DNA of 64,000 nucleotides from Candidatus Bathyarchaeota archaeon (GTDB taxonomy: Archaea > Thermoproteota > Bathyarchaeia > Bathyarchaeales > Bathycorpusculaceae). The DNA lies in assembly GCA_963811105.1 (NCBI GenBank), contig CAWEPZ010000013.1, forward strand, positions 160,001 to 224,000, read 5' to 3'. Below the pieces are notes generated by a model. It was given only the letters and a program-made list of their open reading frames with translations. It had not been told where the DNA came from and made no database searches. The position numbers were made by a program, and so were the translations under genes. Positions 45,150-55,086 of this stretch are shown one piece after another (position 1 is the first letter of the stretch; each line of letters starts with the position of its first letter).

Positions 45150-47794
45150 TGCTTTTGGTTGATCAATTAATCATTTTGTTTTTATTGAGCATTTCGGGAG
45201 AACCTGTTAGACGATTGGTGTCTCGTCGAGTTAAAATTTTGGAGTCACTGGATTTGATTCAAATAATGACTCTTGATTTTTATTTGGGTGGCTTAATTTT
45301 TTTTGTATTAGCAATTTTTCCTTTTGGCTTGTATACTCGTAGCGTTACGATAGCCATAATCGCTTTTTCGATTTTGATTTCTTTTAGTTTGCTTTCTTGG
45401 AAGTACTTAAAAGGATTAAAGAATTTCACCCAACTTCAAATCACTATAAGGCAGGTTCTTGAATCAAGAGCCACAATTCTGACAGGGTTCCTTCTGGTTA
45501 CGTTCTTTCTCCTGATATTTTGGATTGAAGCAGGAGCAGCACAGGGAATAATCTTTGGAAATGTGCATGATGCTTCTTTGTTTTCAGCCATTGCAAAATT
45601 AATTTCAAAAAACGGGATGATACCTTCAACTCTTAGTCCTTTTGACCCTTCAGGAATAATTTATCCTCAAGCTTTTTCGGTCATACAAGTTTTTGCCGCA
45701 TATGTATTTAACGCTGAACCTGCAAACATGATTCTACTTCTGGTTCCCCTTTTCCAAGCTCTTACTGTGTTCGCCGCCTATTTCTTGGGTAAGCTCTGGT
45801 CTAACAAGACAACGTATGGATTGCTGTTTGCCTTCCTCTTCACATTTTTTTCAAATTGGCCCAAACATCTTGTTTGGGGTAGTTATGCTTTTGTGGCTGC
45901 ATTTCCCCTTTACCTTGTGGTCTTAGGTTTGGTCGGTATCGCAATTCGCAAAAAAGAATGGTTGAAATTTGGAGGGCGAATTGAATTTCTATTTTTAGGT
46001 TTGCTTATTGGTTATCTAGGCGCAATTCACGCAGTATTTTATGAGGTGATATTTGCAACTCTCTTCTTTGTAGTTCTCTTTTGGATAATTAGTTTGCGAA
46101 GAGAAGCCTTGCGCGGGCTATCGGTTGTTTTTATCATTTTCATTTCGAGCTTGCTGCCTGTTTCCGTATTCTTATATCGATTTGTTATTTCGGCGAACGT
46201 GCCAGGTCAAAACGTGGGTTTGCCGAGTGACATAATTGCGCCACAACTCTCTTCTCTTGTTGATAATTCTAAGACACTTCTTACGTCTTTCTTCGACAGA
46301 GACTGGATAAGTCCTTACCCTGACGCTAAAATTATTACAATTTTTGTAATTGTATCAATCCTCGCTATGTTAGTTGTTTTTAGAAAATACCGTTGGGATA
46401 GCTTGCTCTCTCACTCTATTGGATTTTTATCAGCATCACTTATAGGTGGAGAACTTGTCATTTTGATGGCGTCAAAAGAACTAGGGTTTTCATTTCTTGT
46501 TACAGCATTCAATGTTCCGGAAACGGCAATAATATTGTTTGCTTCATTAATTCTTCTTACCGGAATTGGATTAGCCATACTTTTCGACAAAATCCATACA
46601 ATGTTTAGGTTTAGTTTAAAAAAGATAGCTCGATGGAGTATGATATCATTCTTGTTTGTGCTGCTGTTTTCTCCTTTTATTTACTACACCCTGACAGCGG
46701 ACATGGAATATTGTCACGGAATATACAATCTATTATCAATAACCACTCCAGAAGATTACCAGCTAATTCTAAACATGAAAAACCAACTTCCCACAAACTC
46801 GGCTGTTCTCATCAACCCTTATGATGCTGGAGGATTCATACCTTCAATAGACGGTTACAGGGCAATCTACCTTAGCACGGGAAGCAGATCTTCAGTTTCA
46901 TATACTAACCTTTGCAATCTAATCCTCAAGAATAACTTAAACGAAACAACATACACTTTAATGAGCAAACTTAATATAACAAATATTTTTGTTGGGTCAA
47001 GAGCAGTATATTCTGACGGAGTCAATTATCTTGGAGGACAACAATGGGATCCTATGTTGTTTCTTGGAAACCCAAACTTCAATCTAGTCAACCAAGTAAG
47101 TAGTTCATACCTTTTTGCTTTCACTCCCAAAAAATCTACAGACCTTTTCTTTGATGATTTTGAGAACTCTAACATACAACACAACGGTTGGAGAATAGAG
47201 ATTGAGGCAAAAGGAAAAGATTCTGCGAATGTTTCCCTCTCTTCAGACCCTCGCTACAGGTTTAGTGGCAACCAAAGCTTAATGTTAACAACTAAGGGGT
47301 TCCCCGATGAGTTTTCAGTTGTTCGATTATATAGAATGTTCTATTTGCCAAGTTCAACCGAAAATGTCACGCTTGACTTCTATCTAAATTCGCCCTCGGC
47401 CTCTCAACAGAATTCAACGTCAAGCTTTTATATCAGTGGAGAGAACTGGAATAACCAATTTTCATTGCCTTCAGCTTTCCAGAGCAACGAGGGATTAAGC
47501 ATCATAATTTCGAACGAGAATTGGACTCAGCAATTATCTCTTTCGACATGGGACGAACAGGATGCTGTTAGACTTCTACGCACTCCTGGTTTTTATCAAA
47601 TAAATTTGCCGTCTTTGTGGCTGGCTAGGTTTCACACTCCTTTGCCCAGTCATTTCTTTATTAAGACAGAATCGTTTTCCTCTGATGGCCAAGAAAGTGT
47701 TTTCTATTTGGATTCGATTGGTCTTAAGGTTGGATCCAACGCAATCAATCTTGATCAAAACGAAACGTTGAGGAGCGGAGCAACCTTTGGATAA
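45149..47794 (+). CDS. Large multi-pass membrane protein, probable GT-C glycosyltransferase with C-terminal CBM-like domain
   Basis: HDASLF, YPQAF, NPYDAG; many TM segments; FFDDFEN...YLDSI tail; translationally coupled. Confidence 0.6.
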   Translation: MLLVDQLIILFLLSISGEPVRRLVSRRVKILESLDLIQIMTLDFYLGGLIFFVLAIFPFGLYTRSVTIAIIAFSILISFSLLSWKYLKGLKNFTQLQITIRQVLESRATILTGFLLVTFFLLIFWIEAGAAQGIIFGNVHDASLFSAIAKLISKNGMIPSTLSPFDPSGIIYPQAFSVIQVFAAYVFNAEPANMILLLVPLFQALTVFAAYFLGKLWSNKTTYGLLFAFLFTFFSNWPKHLVWGSYAFVAAFPLYLVVLGLVGIAIRKKEWLKFGGRIEFLFLGLLIGYLGAIHAVFYEVIFATLFFVVLFWIISLRREALRGLSVVFIIFISSLLPVSVFLYRFVISANVPGQNVGLPSDIIAPQLSSLVDNSKTLLTSFFDRDWISPYPDAKIITIFVIVSILAMLVVFRKYRWDSLLSHSIGFLSASLIGGELVILMASKELGFSFLVTAFNVPETAIILFASLILLTGIGLAILFDKIHTMFRFSLKKIARWSMISFLFVLLFSPFIYYTLTADMEYCHGIYNLLSITTPEDYQLILNMKNQLPTNSAVLINPYDAGGFIPSIDGYRAIYLSTGSRSSVSYTNLCNLILKNNLNETTYTLMSKLNITNIFVGSRAVYSDGVNYLGGQQWDPMLFLGNPNFNLVNQVSSSYLFAFTPKKSTDLFFDDFENSNIQHNGWRIEIEAKGKDSANVSLSSDPRYRFSGNQSLMLTTKGFPDEFSVVRLYRMFYLPSSTENVTLDFYLNSPSASQQNSTSSFYISGENWNNQFSLPSAFQSNEGLSIIISNENWTQQLSLSTWDEQDAVRLLRTPGFYQINLPSLWLARFHTPLPSHFFIKTESFSSDGQESVFYLDSIGLKVGSNAINLDQNETLRSGATFG

Positions 47795-48611
47795 AAGGTA
47801 TCAAACAAGGGATTTTTGGAATGAGACTGCATTAAGATTCGGAAAAAAAAATGATTATGCACCAGTTCTACATCCGAGCGCAAAAGGTTTGCTCAACTGG
47901 TATACTGATTGGCTTCAAAAACACGCTCTTAACAATACTCTAAAAAAACTTGATGAAAAATTTGTACTAGAAGTGGGCTGCGGCGTCGGTCGATGGTGTG
48001 AAAGGCTAGCGAAAGCTGGTTCACGGGTAATTGGAATTGACGTTTCTCGCGAGATGGTCAAAAAGGCAAGGTACAGAATATCAAAACAGAAAACGAATAG
48101 TGATTTTGTAGTTTCGAGTGCGGACAAGCTTCCATTTGTCCCACAAATTTTTGACTCTGTGATAAGCGTGACAGTCTTGCAGCATATTGTGGTCGAAACC
48201 TTGTTTAAATCAGCCATCGCGGATATGGCGCGAGTAGTAAAAAAAGGTGGAAACATTATTCTGTTGGAGTACATCGCTCGATCAGAAGGAAATCATAGTC
48301 TCAGTTTTCCAACGGTTGCTCATTGCTATGAAGAAGCTTTCGTTGATAGTCTGGGATTCAGTCTAGTCAAAGTTCAAGGCGTCGACTTGTCCGTCTTCTT
48401 AAGACCATTCAACCAAATTACTAAGAAATATGGTAAATATGGAGAATTACTCGGTAGGCTTGAACCTTCTTCAAGATACCTGTTATCTGCTGCGCTTTTC
48501 TATTACATGGTGAGTATTGCCTCCCTTCTTTCGTTACCTTTAGATCTCATTTTTAGAAATATCTTTAGGCAATACTCTGAACATATGGTCTTTATTTTTT
48601 CGAGCAAATAA
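47787..48611 (+). CDS. Class I SAM-dependent methyltransferase
   Basis: VLEVGCGVGRW, GIDVS, VTVLQHI. Confidence 0.9.
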   Translation: MDKRYQTRDFWNETALRFGKKNDYAPVLHPSAKGLLNWYTDWLQKHALNNTLKKLDEKFVLEVGCGVGRWCERLAKAGSRVIGIDVSREMVKKARYRISKQKTNSDFVVSSADKLPFVPQIFDSVISVTVLQHIVVETLFKSAIADMARVVKKGGNIILLEYIARSEGNHSLSFPTVAHCYEEAFVDSLGFSLVKVQGVDLSVFLRPFNQITKKYGKYGELLGRLEPSSRYLLSAALFYYMVSIASLLSLPLDLIFRNIFRQYSEHMVFIFSSK

Positions 48612-48832
48612 TCCTAGAAATTAAGAATCGGATCGCCTATTCCCCATGGTCTTTCGTTTTTAATCTAATTCTTCTTCCAACGAAGTCCATTTTAACAATG
48701 TAACCTGATCTCTCTTTCTCGTAACTGGATATGCTCTAAATATCGCGCACTTAATACCACGCTTAGGAATGTAACTTTGTTTCAAAGACTTGAAGATTTA
48801 AGATATAAATGTGTGATTTTTACAACTCTTGT

Positions 48833-49655
48833 TCAAGATGATGACCATAAGTATAAGAACGTAGTTATTCTTCCAAAAAGTCCCCTGTTTAGTATTTTTC
48901 TGAGCACACTGTAATGAATTCTCAGCCTCACCAGGGAAAATGCCATTACAAACGCCAACTTCAGTTAGGCTAGGCGACAATTTACTACCTTCCTTTTCAA
49001 TCCAAATTATTCCAACTTCTTCTACTTTGAATCCTCTTTGAAAAGCAGAATATATTAGGTTAACATCAAAAGCAAAGTCAGCTACAATAAAATCTTCCTT
49101 AATTTCATCGATCAAGCTTCTTGTAAAGATTTTAACTCCACATTGCGTATCTTTTATGCCACGCAAATTCCAAAACAATAATTTGAGCAAAACGTTAAAA
49201 GACCTGCTGAAAATGACCCTCCTAGTATGTCTTGCCGATAGGATTCTGGAATTTTTTGCATATCTAGATCCAATAACCAGGTCATAACTGCTGGATAATT
49301 CTATAAGCCTGTCCAGTTCTCTCCAGGGTATGGATCCATCTGCATCGATGAAAGCAATAATGTCAGCTTGGCAAGTTTTCAAAGCTTCGATTATTGCACC
49401 ACCCTTTCCAAGTCTATTTGGAACGAATATGCCAACTGCATCATCATAACTGCTTATTATATTCTTGACAACCTCAGGAGTTTCGTCAGTACAGCCATCC
49501 ATAATTACAATCAATTCGCATCGGTTTTTGAACAATAAATCATTAGAAAGCATCAATTCCTTTAATGTTGACTCTATTCTTCCAACTTCATTATATGCTG
49601 GAATAATAAGCGAAACCATTGGTTTACTCTTCAAACACATCGCATTGTTATTCAA
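48833..49655 (-). CDS. Dolichol-phosphate glucosyl/mannosyltransferase (GT2, DPM/ALG5-like); C-terminal frameshift near 48965
   Basis: IIPAYNE, GKGGA, FIDAD, IGSR, DTQCGVK; shifted frame MAFSLVRLRIHYS...WSSS*. Confidence 0.85.
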
Positions 49656-50023
49656 CTCCGCTATCGCTCCAACAGTCGTAAGCTCGAACCCAAATACAAT
49701 TTATAAAGTACTACTGAGGACTCCCATAAATATCCAGCGCACTTTTATTGCTTATTGTTGTTTCCACGATATTTAAGAAAAACAAATTCTAGAAAACAAA
49801 TAAATTCTAGAACAAACCCAGTAACCAGAAAGTAGTGCATATAAACTGATGTGAATCCGCTGGGAAGTTAGACTGATTGATAAAGAAACAACCACAACCA
49901 ACAAAAAAAGAATAGTCCTGCAATTGAGGAGCACAGAAATTCGCTATTACCGCAACCTAGACTTTTTGTGAGCCATTTCACAGTTCTTTCGGTTATTGCT
50001 TAAGTTCACTTCTGGAACTTGCA

Positions 50024-51394
50024 TCAAAAACTCTTTGCATCTTCTTCAGATTTGATAGTACAAGAAATATCAAGTACGAAAACATGCAGCCCAATATTGC
50101 CTAGAATTACAATTCGCAAGGGTTCAACCGTCAAAGTTTCATTCACAATTCCCAACAGGTTACTCGTCATCCAAGGCGCCAGTGGTAGAAAGAAAAAGGG
50201 CAAAGGACAATTCAATATACTGTAAAGCAAAGCTATGAGTGAAGCAACCCAATAAAACGCCCATTTAATCCGCCCTCCCACGCTTGCTATGATCAAGAAC
50301 GGCAACGCCCAAATAAACCACTGTTCTTCGATAGCCCTATACGAAAGAAACAAACCGAATATAATTAACAGCATTGCCGTTGCCAATTCAAAGGTGCGAT
50401 TGCGAAAAGTCATCTTACCAATTTTCCAACAAACAACTGTCAAAGAGATAACAACAAAAACGATCGAACCAGCCGACGCGAAAGAAACAAACCCTGCGTT
50501 GATTGGTAAATACACAAGTCGATTTAGTAAGTAGAGCGACCAGTAAGTGAGACCGAACCCAACTGGCACAACAACAGGATTGATGACGGCACTATTTGCA
50601 GTACCACCATTGATGATGAAAAAGTTAACCAAATTCCCAGCCGAGCCGATACTTGGGAGAAAAAGTATAACCGAGGTAGCTATAAAAATTGAAACAAAAC
50701 TTGCGTAATTCTTCAATCGCTTAGGAACATGACCTGACTTAAAGAAGTAAATCGTAATCGGAATCAAGAAAAGGATCGGATACAACTTGCAAGCTACACC
50801 TAAACTGAGAAAGACTGCTGAAAGAGATATTCGATTCTTCAGAACAAAAAAGAAGGCGGCCAAAGAGAACAAAGCCGGCAATGTATCCCACATACCCCAA
50901 CCTGCAGAAATCCAGATCACGAAAGGATTTATGAACCAGAAAATGGCAGCTTTTTCTGCTATCCCCTTATCATTCGTTAACTCTAGCACAATCTTATAGA
51001 GTAAAAGTGTGACTAAAAGGTCCGAAATCAAGAGTGGAAACTTTACCACAGAGTCAAAGAGGATTCCTGGAACATATTGAATATTAGAGGAGGGATAGAA
51101 GTTCAGAGCATTTGGAAGGGAGGACATAGGAATTGCATGTATTGAGAAAAGTCCTGCCAGCCAATCATAGGTGTACGCTATTGGAATCATCGTGTAATGA
51201 TACCATAGCGGAGCGAACGAATGTATACTAAAAGGACCATCTCTTATGATATCCATAGATATTTTGTACCACCCATACACATCAAGCGGGTGAGCAGAAA
51301 TCGGCATCAAAACTACTCTGGCCATTATCCCTACTACTATTATAGTTGCTAGTTTGTGTCCATATATGAATCTACTAATATTCATGAAACCCAC
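50024..51394 (-). CDS. GT87/PIG-M-like GT-C mannosyltransferase
   Basis: AHPLD, KFPLLISD, INPFVIWISAGWGMWD, KLYP, QWFIWALP. Confidence 0.78.
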   Translation of the reverse strand: MGFMNISRFIYGHKLATIIVVGIMARVVLMPISAHPLDVYGWYKISMDIIRDGPFSIHSFAPLWYHYTMIPIAYTYDWLAGLFSIHAIPMSSLPNALNFYPSSNIQYVPGILFDSVVKFPLLISDLLVTLLLYKIVLELTNDKGIAEKAAIFWFINPFVIWISAGWGMWDTLPALFSLAAFFFVLKNRISLSAVFLSLGVACKLYPILFLIPITIYFFKSGHVPKRLKNYASFVSIFIATSVILFLPSIGSAGNLVNFFIINGGTANSAVINPVVVPVGFGLTYWSLYLLNRLVYLPINAGFVSFASAGSIVFVVISLTVVCWKIGKMTFRNRTFELATAMLLIIFGLFLSYRAIEEQWFIWALPFLIIASVGGRIKWAFYWVASLIALLYSILNCPLPFFFLPLAPWMTSNLLGIVNETLTVEPLRIVILGNIGLHVFVLDISCTIKSEEDAKSF

Positions 51395-51477
51395 GTTTTT
51401 CTCTCATACTTCACGTTATTGGTTAGGTGCATATGAATATTAGGCATAATTATAGCGATTTCCCCGAATAAATTTTC

Positions 51478-51670
51478 TCAACTTATCGAGTGGAATGGCG
51501 CTAACTTAGCAGTTGATAGACTCACCAGCTGGTACTGATATAATCGCACAGTGATTAATTCTGTTAACGTAGCTGATGTTGTTGGTAGCACCCAAGCCAA
51601 GGTTGTTAATGGCCGATATTTACACGATGGCACACGCAACAGTGCTCAACTTACCGTCTATAGCATGATC
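51478..51670 (+). pseudogene. Degraded propeller blades
   Basis: QLIEWNGANLAVDRLTSWY* then VINSVNVADV...HDGTRNSAQLTVYSMI. Confidence 0.7.
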
Positions 51671-52005
51671 CGAGGTCAAAAATTGCAGTCAAAACACGGC
51701 AATCACATAAATATTATCCCTTTTCTATTGATCTTTTGTTTATGAATGTATATGGTTAAACCTGTACACTATAACGTGGAATCCTTTCAACAGGGGTAGT
51801 ACTTACGCGAGCTCTTAACTATGGCATCAAGTCTGTCAATGTTAAGAAAATTCCGGAAGTAACGTGGAACATTTCAGAAGACCTGACCAAATATACGAGA
51901 ATTTGCTGAGCACGACAAGTTAATAAATATCACCCAAAAAAGCTATCTCTAAAAAAAGAAAAACAAAAATTGGGCGTCAAAAGTGAGCCCAAGACTTGGA
52001 AGTTT

Positions 52006-53272
52006 TTACCCCCAAATGGTTAATTGCGCATTATCTCGTATTAGGTCGAAATATGAACCTCCGGCGATAACTCGGTTTCCAGATCCTGTGTTTGCGATTG
52101 AAACAGAATTGACTCGGGTGTTTGATGTTTGGAACCAACTTGCAGTCGATATGGTTGTTAAGCTTGCTCCATTCCAGTCTATTAGTTGAGCATTGTCCTT
52201 AGTTAGGTCATTGAACACTCCGCCTGTGATTATATCTAAGCTGCTGCCGCCTGAGTAGTTGGCAATTGAAACAGAGTTAACTTTGGTGTCTGAATACCAA
52301 TACCATGAGACAACATTTTGTAAGCCGAGAGTCGTCCCGTTCCATTCTGCCAATTGAGCGTTGTTGCGTGTGCCATCAAAGTAATATCCGCCTGTTACAA
52401 TGCTTAAGGCTGTTCCACCAGTTACATTTGCCACTGCAATCGAGTTAATTTCGGTGTTGCCTGTCCAGTACCAGGTTACAATATTGTTGAGTGCTAAGGT
52501 AGCTGCGTTCCAGACAACAAGTTGGGAATTGAGTCTGGTTGTGTCGTTAAATGCTCCGCCTGTTATTATGCTCAAGGATGTGCTTCCAGTAATGTTGGCT
52601 ACTGCAACGGAATTGATGTAAGTGTCTGAATTCCAGTACCAGGTTTTAACGTTTTGCGGTGCAAGTGTTGCACCATTCCAAACAACTAACTGAGCGTTCC
52701 AGCGTGTTCCATCAAAGTACGCGCCTCCAGTGACTATGCTTAGACCGGTTGTGCCAGTTATGTTTGCAACGGCAACTGAGCTAATCTGTGTGTCGCCTAC
52801 CCAACGCCAAGTTACCACATTAATAGAGCCTAACGTGTTTCCATTCCAAACGGCTAACTGAGAATTCCAATTTGTGCCATCAAAATAGGACCCGCCAGTA
52901 ATGATTTCATTCAATCCGTCGCCGTTAACGTCCCCGATTGCAACAGAAGAGATTTGAGTGTGATCTGTCCAAAACCAATATATAACTTTTTCCAGCGCTA
53001 GGTTGGAAGCATTCCAGACTCCTAGTTGAGCATTGTTTCGCAACCCGTCATAGAAACCACCCAACCGTGACAATTTCTGCTTTACCATCGCCATTAACAT
53101 CACCAGTGGCAATTGCCGAAACGTTCGTGCTATCTGTCCAATACCAAGATACTATATTTTGAGAAATAAGTGCCGAAACCGGTGCTGATAAAATAGTCGC
53201 CGAAATAAATGCTACCGCCAACACTAAGGCAAATATTTTCATGAATCGTTTTTTTAACATATTATAAGGCAT
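52006..53272 (-). CDS. Stand-alone secreted 7-blade propeller, divergent type with sequons replacing Ca-binding loops (frameshift near 53062)
   Basis: Signal peptide; 7 WxW...AQLxVW repeats; ends NAQLTIWG*. Confidence 0.85.
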
Positions 53273-53445
53273 AGTAAAAGCTCCAGATTAACTTTATGAA
53301 TAATAAATCACTAATTATAGAGATATTTAATAAATTGTGACTGTAAATAGACAACAACAAATAATTTCGGAAATATTTCTCGCGTTTTTGCGCAAAACTT
53401 AAAAGCATATTCATTAGAACAAATTATTTAAAGAAGGTCTTCTTT
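53273..53445. promoter_or_regulatory. Probable divergent promoter region between the two stand-alone propeller genes
   Basis: AT-rich spacer with TATA-like TTTAATAA (near 53326) and TTAAAAG (near 53399). Confidence 0.45.
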
Positions 53446-54705
53446 ATGAGGAAGAATTTTCTAAGATCAGTTGTCTTGCTCGCAATTTTGACTTTAGTCT
53501 TAACTATGGCTGTGCAGACGGTCAAAGCACTAACCGTTGAAAACGTAAAAACTTGGTACTGGGGAGATAGCACTCAAGTAAGGTCTGTTGCTGTTGGAGA
53601 TGTGGATGGTGATGGCAAAAATGAGATCGTTACGGGCGGATCTTATAGTGATGATACTCGTAACATTGCTCAGTTGTGCGTTTGGGATGGCGCTACGTTA
53701 GCTCTTAAAAACGTTAAGACGTGGCTGTGGCAAAATTACACATTCATCTATTCTGTTGTTGTCGGAGACGTGGATGCTGACGGCAAAACCGAAATAGTAA
53801 CAGGAGGCTACTACATTGATGCCACTCATGGTGATATTGCTCAGTTGTGCGTTTGGGATGGCGCTACGTTAGCTCTTAAAAACGTTAAAACCTGGTACTG
53901 GACAACCGCCACAGAAATCCATTCTGTTGCTCTCGGAGACATAGATGCTGACGGCAAAACCGAAATAGTAACAGGCGGCTACTACTATAATGGCGCTCGA
54001 GAGGTTGCTCAGCTATGTGTCTGGGACGGTGCATCGCTGGCTCTTGAAAACGTTAAAGCCTGGTACTCGCCAGGTAACACATTCATCTATTCTGTTGTTG
54101 TCGGAGACGTGGATGCTGACGGCAAAACCGAAATAGTAACAGGCGGCTACGCCATCTATAACTCTTCTGTTGCTCAGCTATGTGTCTGGGATGGTGCAAC
54201 GCTGGCACTGGAAAACGTTAGGACATGGTACTGGGGAAACTACGCTCTACTCAATTCTGTTGTTGTCGGAGACGTGGATGCTGACGGCAAAACCGAAATA
54301 GTAACAGGCGGCGATTATTCTGATAGTACTCGTGGCCTTTCTGCTCAGTTGTGTGTTTGGAATGGTGCAACACTGGCACTGGAAAACGTTCAAGCCTGGC
54401 AATGGGAAGGTTTTACACGAATCTATCCTATTGCAATAGGAGATTTGTATGGTGATGGCAAAACTGAAATAGTAACATGCGGCGACTACAATAGTACTGG
54501 TTTAGTTGGTCAGCTATGTGTCTGGGATGGTGCATCGCTGGGTCTGAAAAACGTTCAAACTTGGAAATGGGGAGTCGGCACCGGCATCTGGTCTGTTGTT
54601 GTTGGCGATGTCGATGGTGATGGGAAAAATGAGATCGTTACTGGCGGAACGTATAGTGATGGTACTCATGGCATTGCTCAGTTGTGTGTTTGGAGCGGCT
54701 ATTGA
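53446..54705 (+). CDS. Stand-alone secreted 7-blade propeller, LCVW type, with hypervariable loops
   Basis: Signal peptide; 7 repeats containing GDVDADGKTEIVTGG and AQLCVWDGATLAL. Confidence 0.9.
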   Translation: MRKNFLRSVVLLAILTLVLTMAVQTVKALTVENVKTWYWGDSTQVRSVAVGDVDGDGKNEIVTGGSYSDDTRNIAQLCVWDGATLALKNVKTWLWQNYTFIYSVVVGDVDADGKTEIVTGGYYIDATHGDIAQLCVWDGATLALKNVKTWYWTTATEIHSVALGDIDADGKTEIVTGGYYYNGAREVAQLCVWDGASLALENVKAWYSPGNTFIYSVVVGDVDADGKTEIVTGGYAIYNSSVAQLCVWDGATLALENVRTWYWGNYALLNSVVVGDVDADGKTEIVTGGDYSDSTRGLSAQLCVWNGATLALENVQAWQWEGFTRIYPIAIGDLYGDGKTEIVTCGDYNSTGLVGQLCVWDGASLGLKNVQTWKWGVGTGIWSVVVGDVDGDGKNEIVTGGTYSDGTHGIAQLCVWSGY

Positions 54706-54904
54706 TTAGAAATGGACGTTTGAATAGGGTTAATGAGAAAATCTTATTCTGCTCTTACCCCTCATGGTTTGAAACGAAGCAGGTATTCCCTAGCGCCGCT
54801 CTAAGTAGCAATGGCCTCGTTTTCGCAACCCACGCCAAGATTCATACTTAAAGCTAAGTATCGAAGTGTCAACAGAGCTGTTTCCACTGCTTTGCGGTCG
54901 TCAA

Positions 54905-54975
54905 GCCATCAAAGCCAGAGCAGCACACCAAGACCAAACACACAACTGAGCAAAAGACTGATAGAAAAGACCATT
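54905..54975 (-). pseudogene. Terminal propeller strand remnant (TYNG...FAQLCVWSW)
   Basis: 54934-54953 is the exact reverse complement of 54674-54693. Confidence 0.55.
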
Positions 54976-55086
54976 GTAGGTAGAATTATCAATAATGTTG
55001 ATAAAGAAAATATTCCTATAATCAGATATTCCGAAAAAAGTAGAGATAGATAATTATTTTTTTTTTATTTTGTTTGATTTTTGACC

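Noticed and set aside
600-50105. Several indels near CTAG (about 600, 3803, 9358, 48965, 50100), suggesting methylation-induced base-calling errors
   Set aside because: Few cases and many other indels lack the motif; needs raw-signal analysis
1-53100. Numerous frameshifts as mass pseudogenisation or programmed frameshifting
   Set aside because: Most are single-base indels in or beside homopolymers (6170, 15840, 28600, 33958, 37440), densest near the window start; long-read error is the simpler explanation
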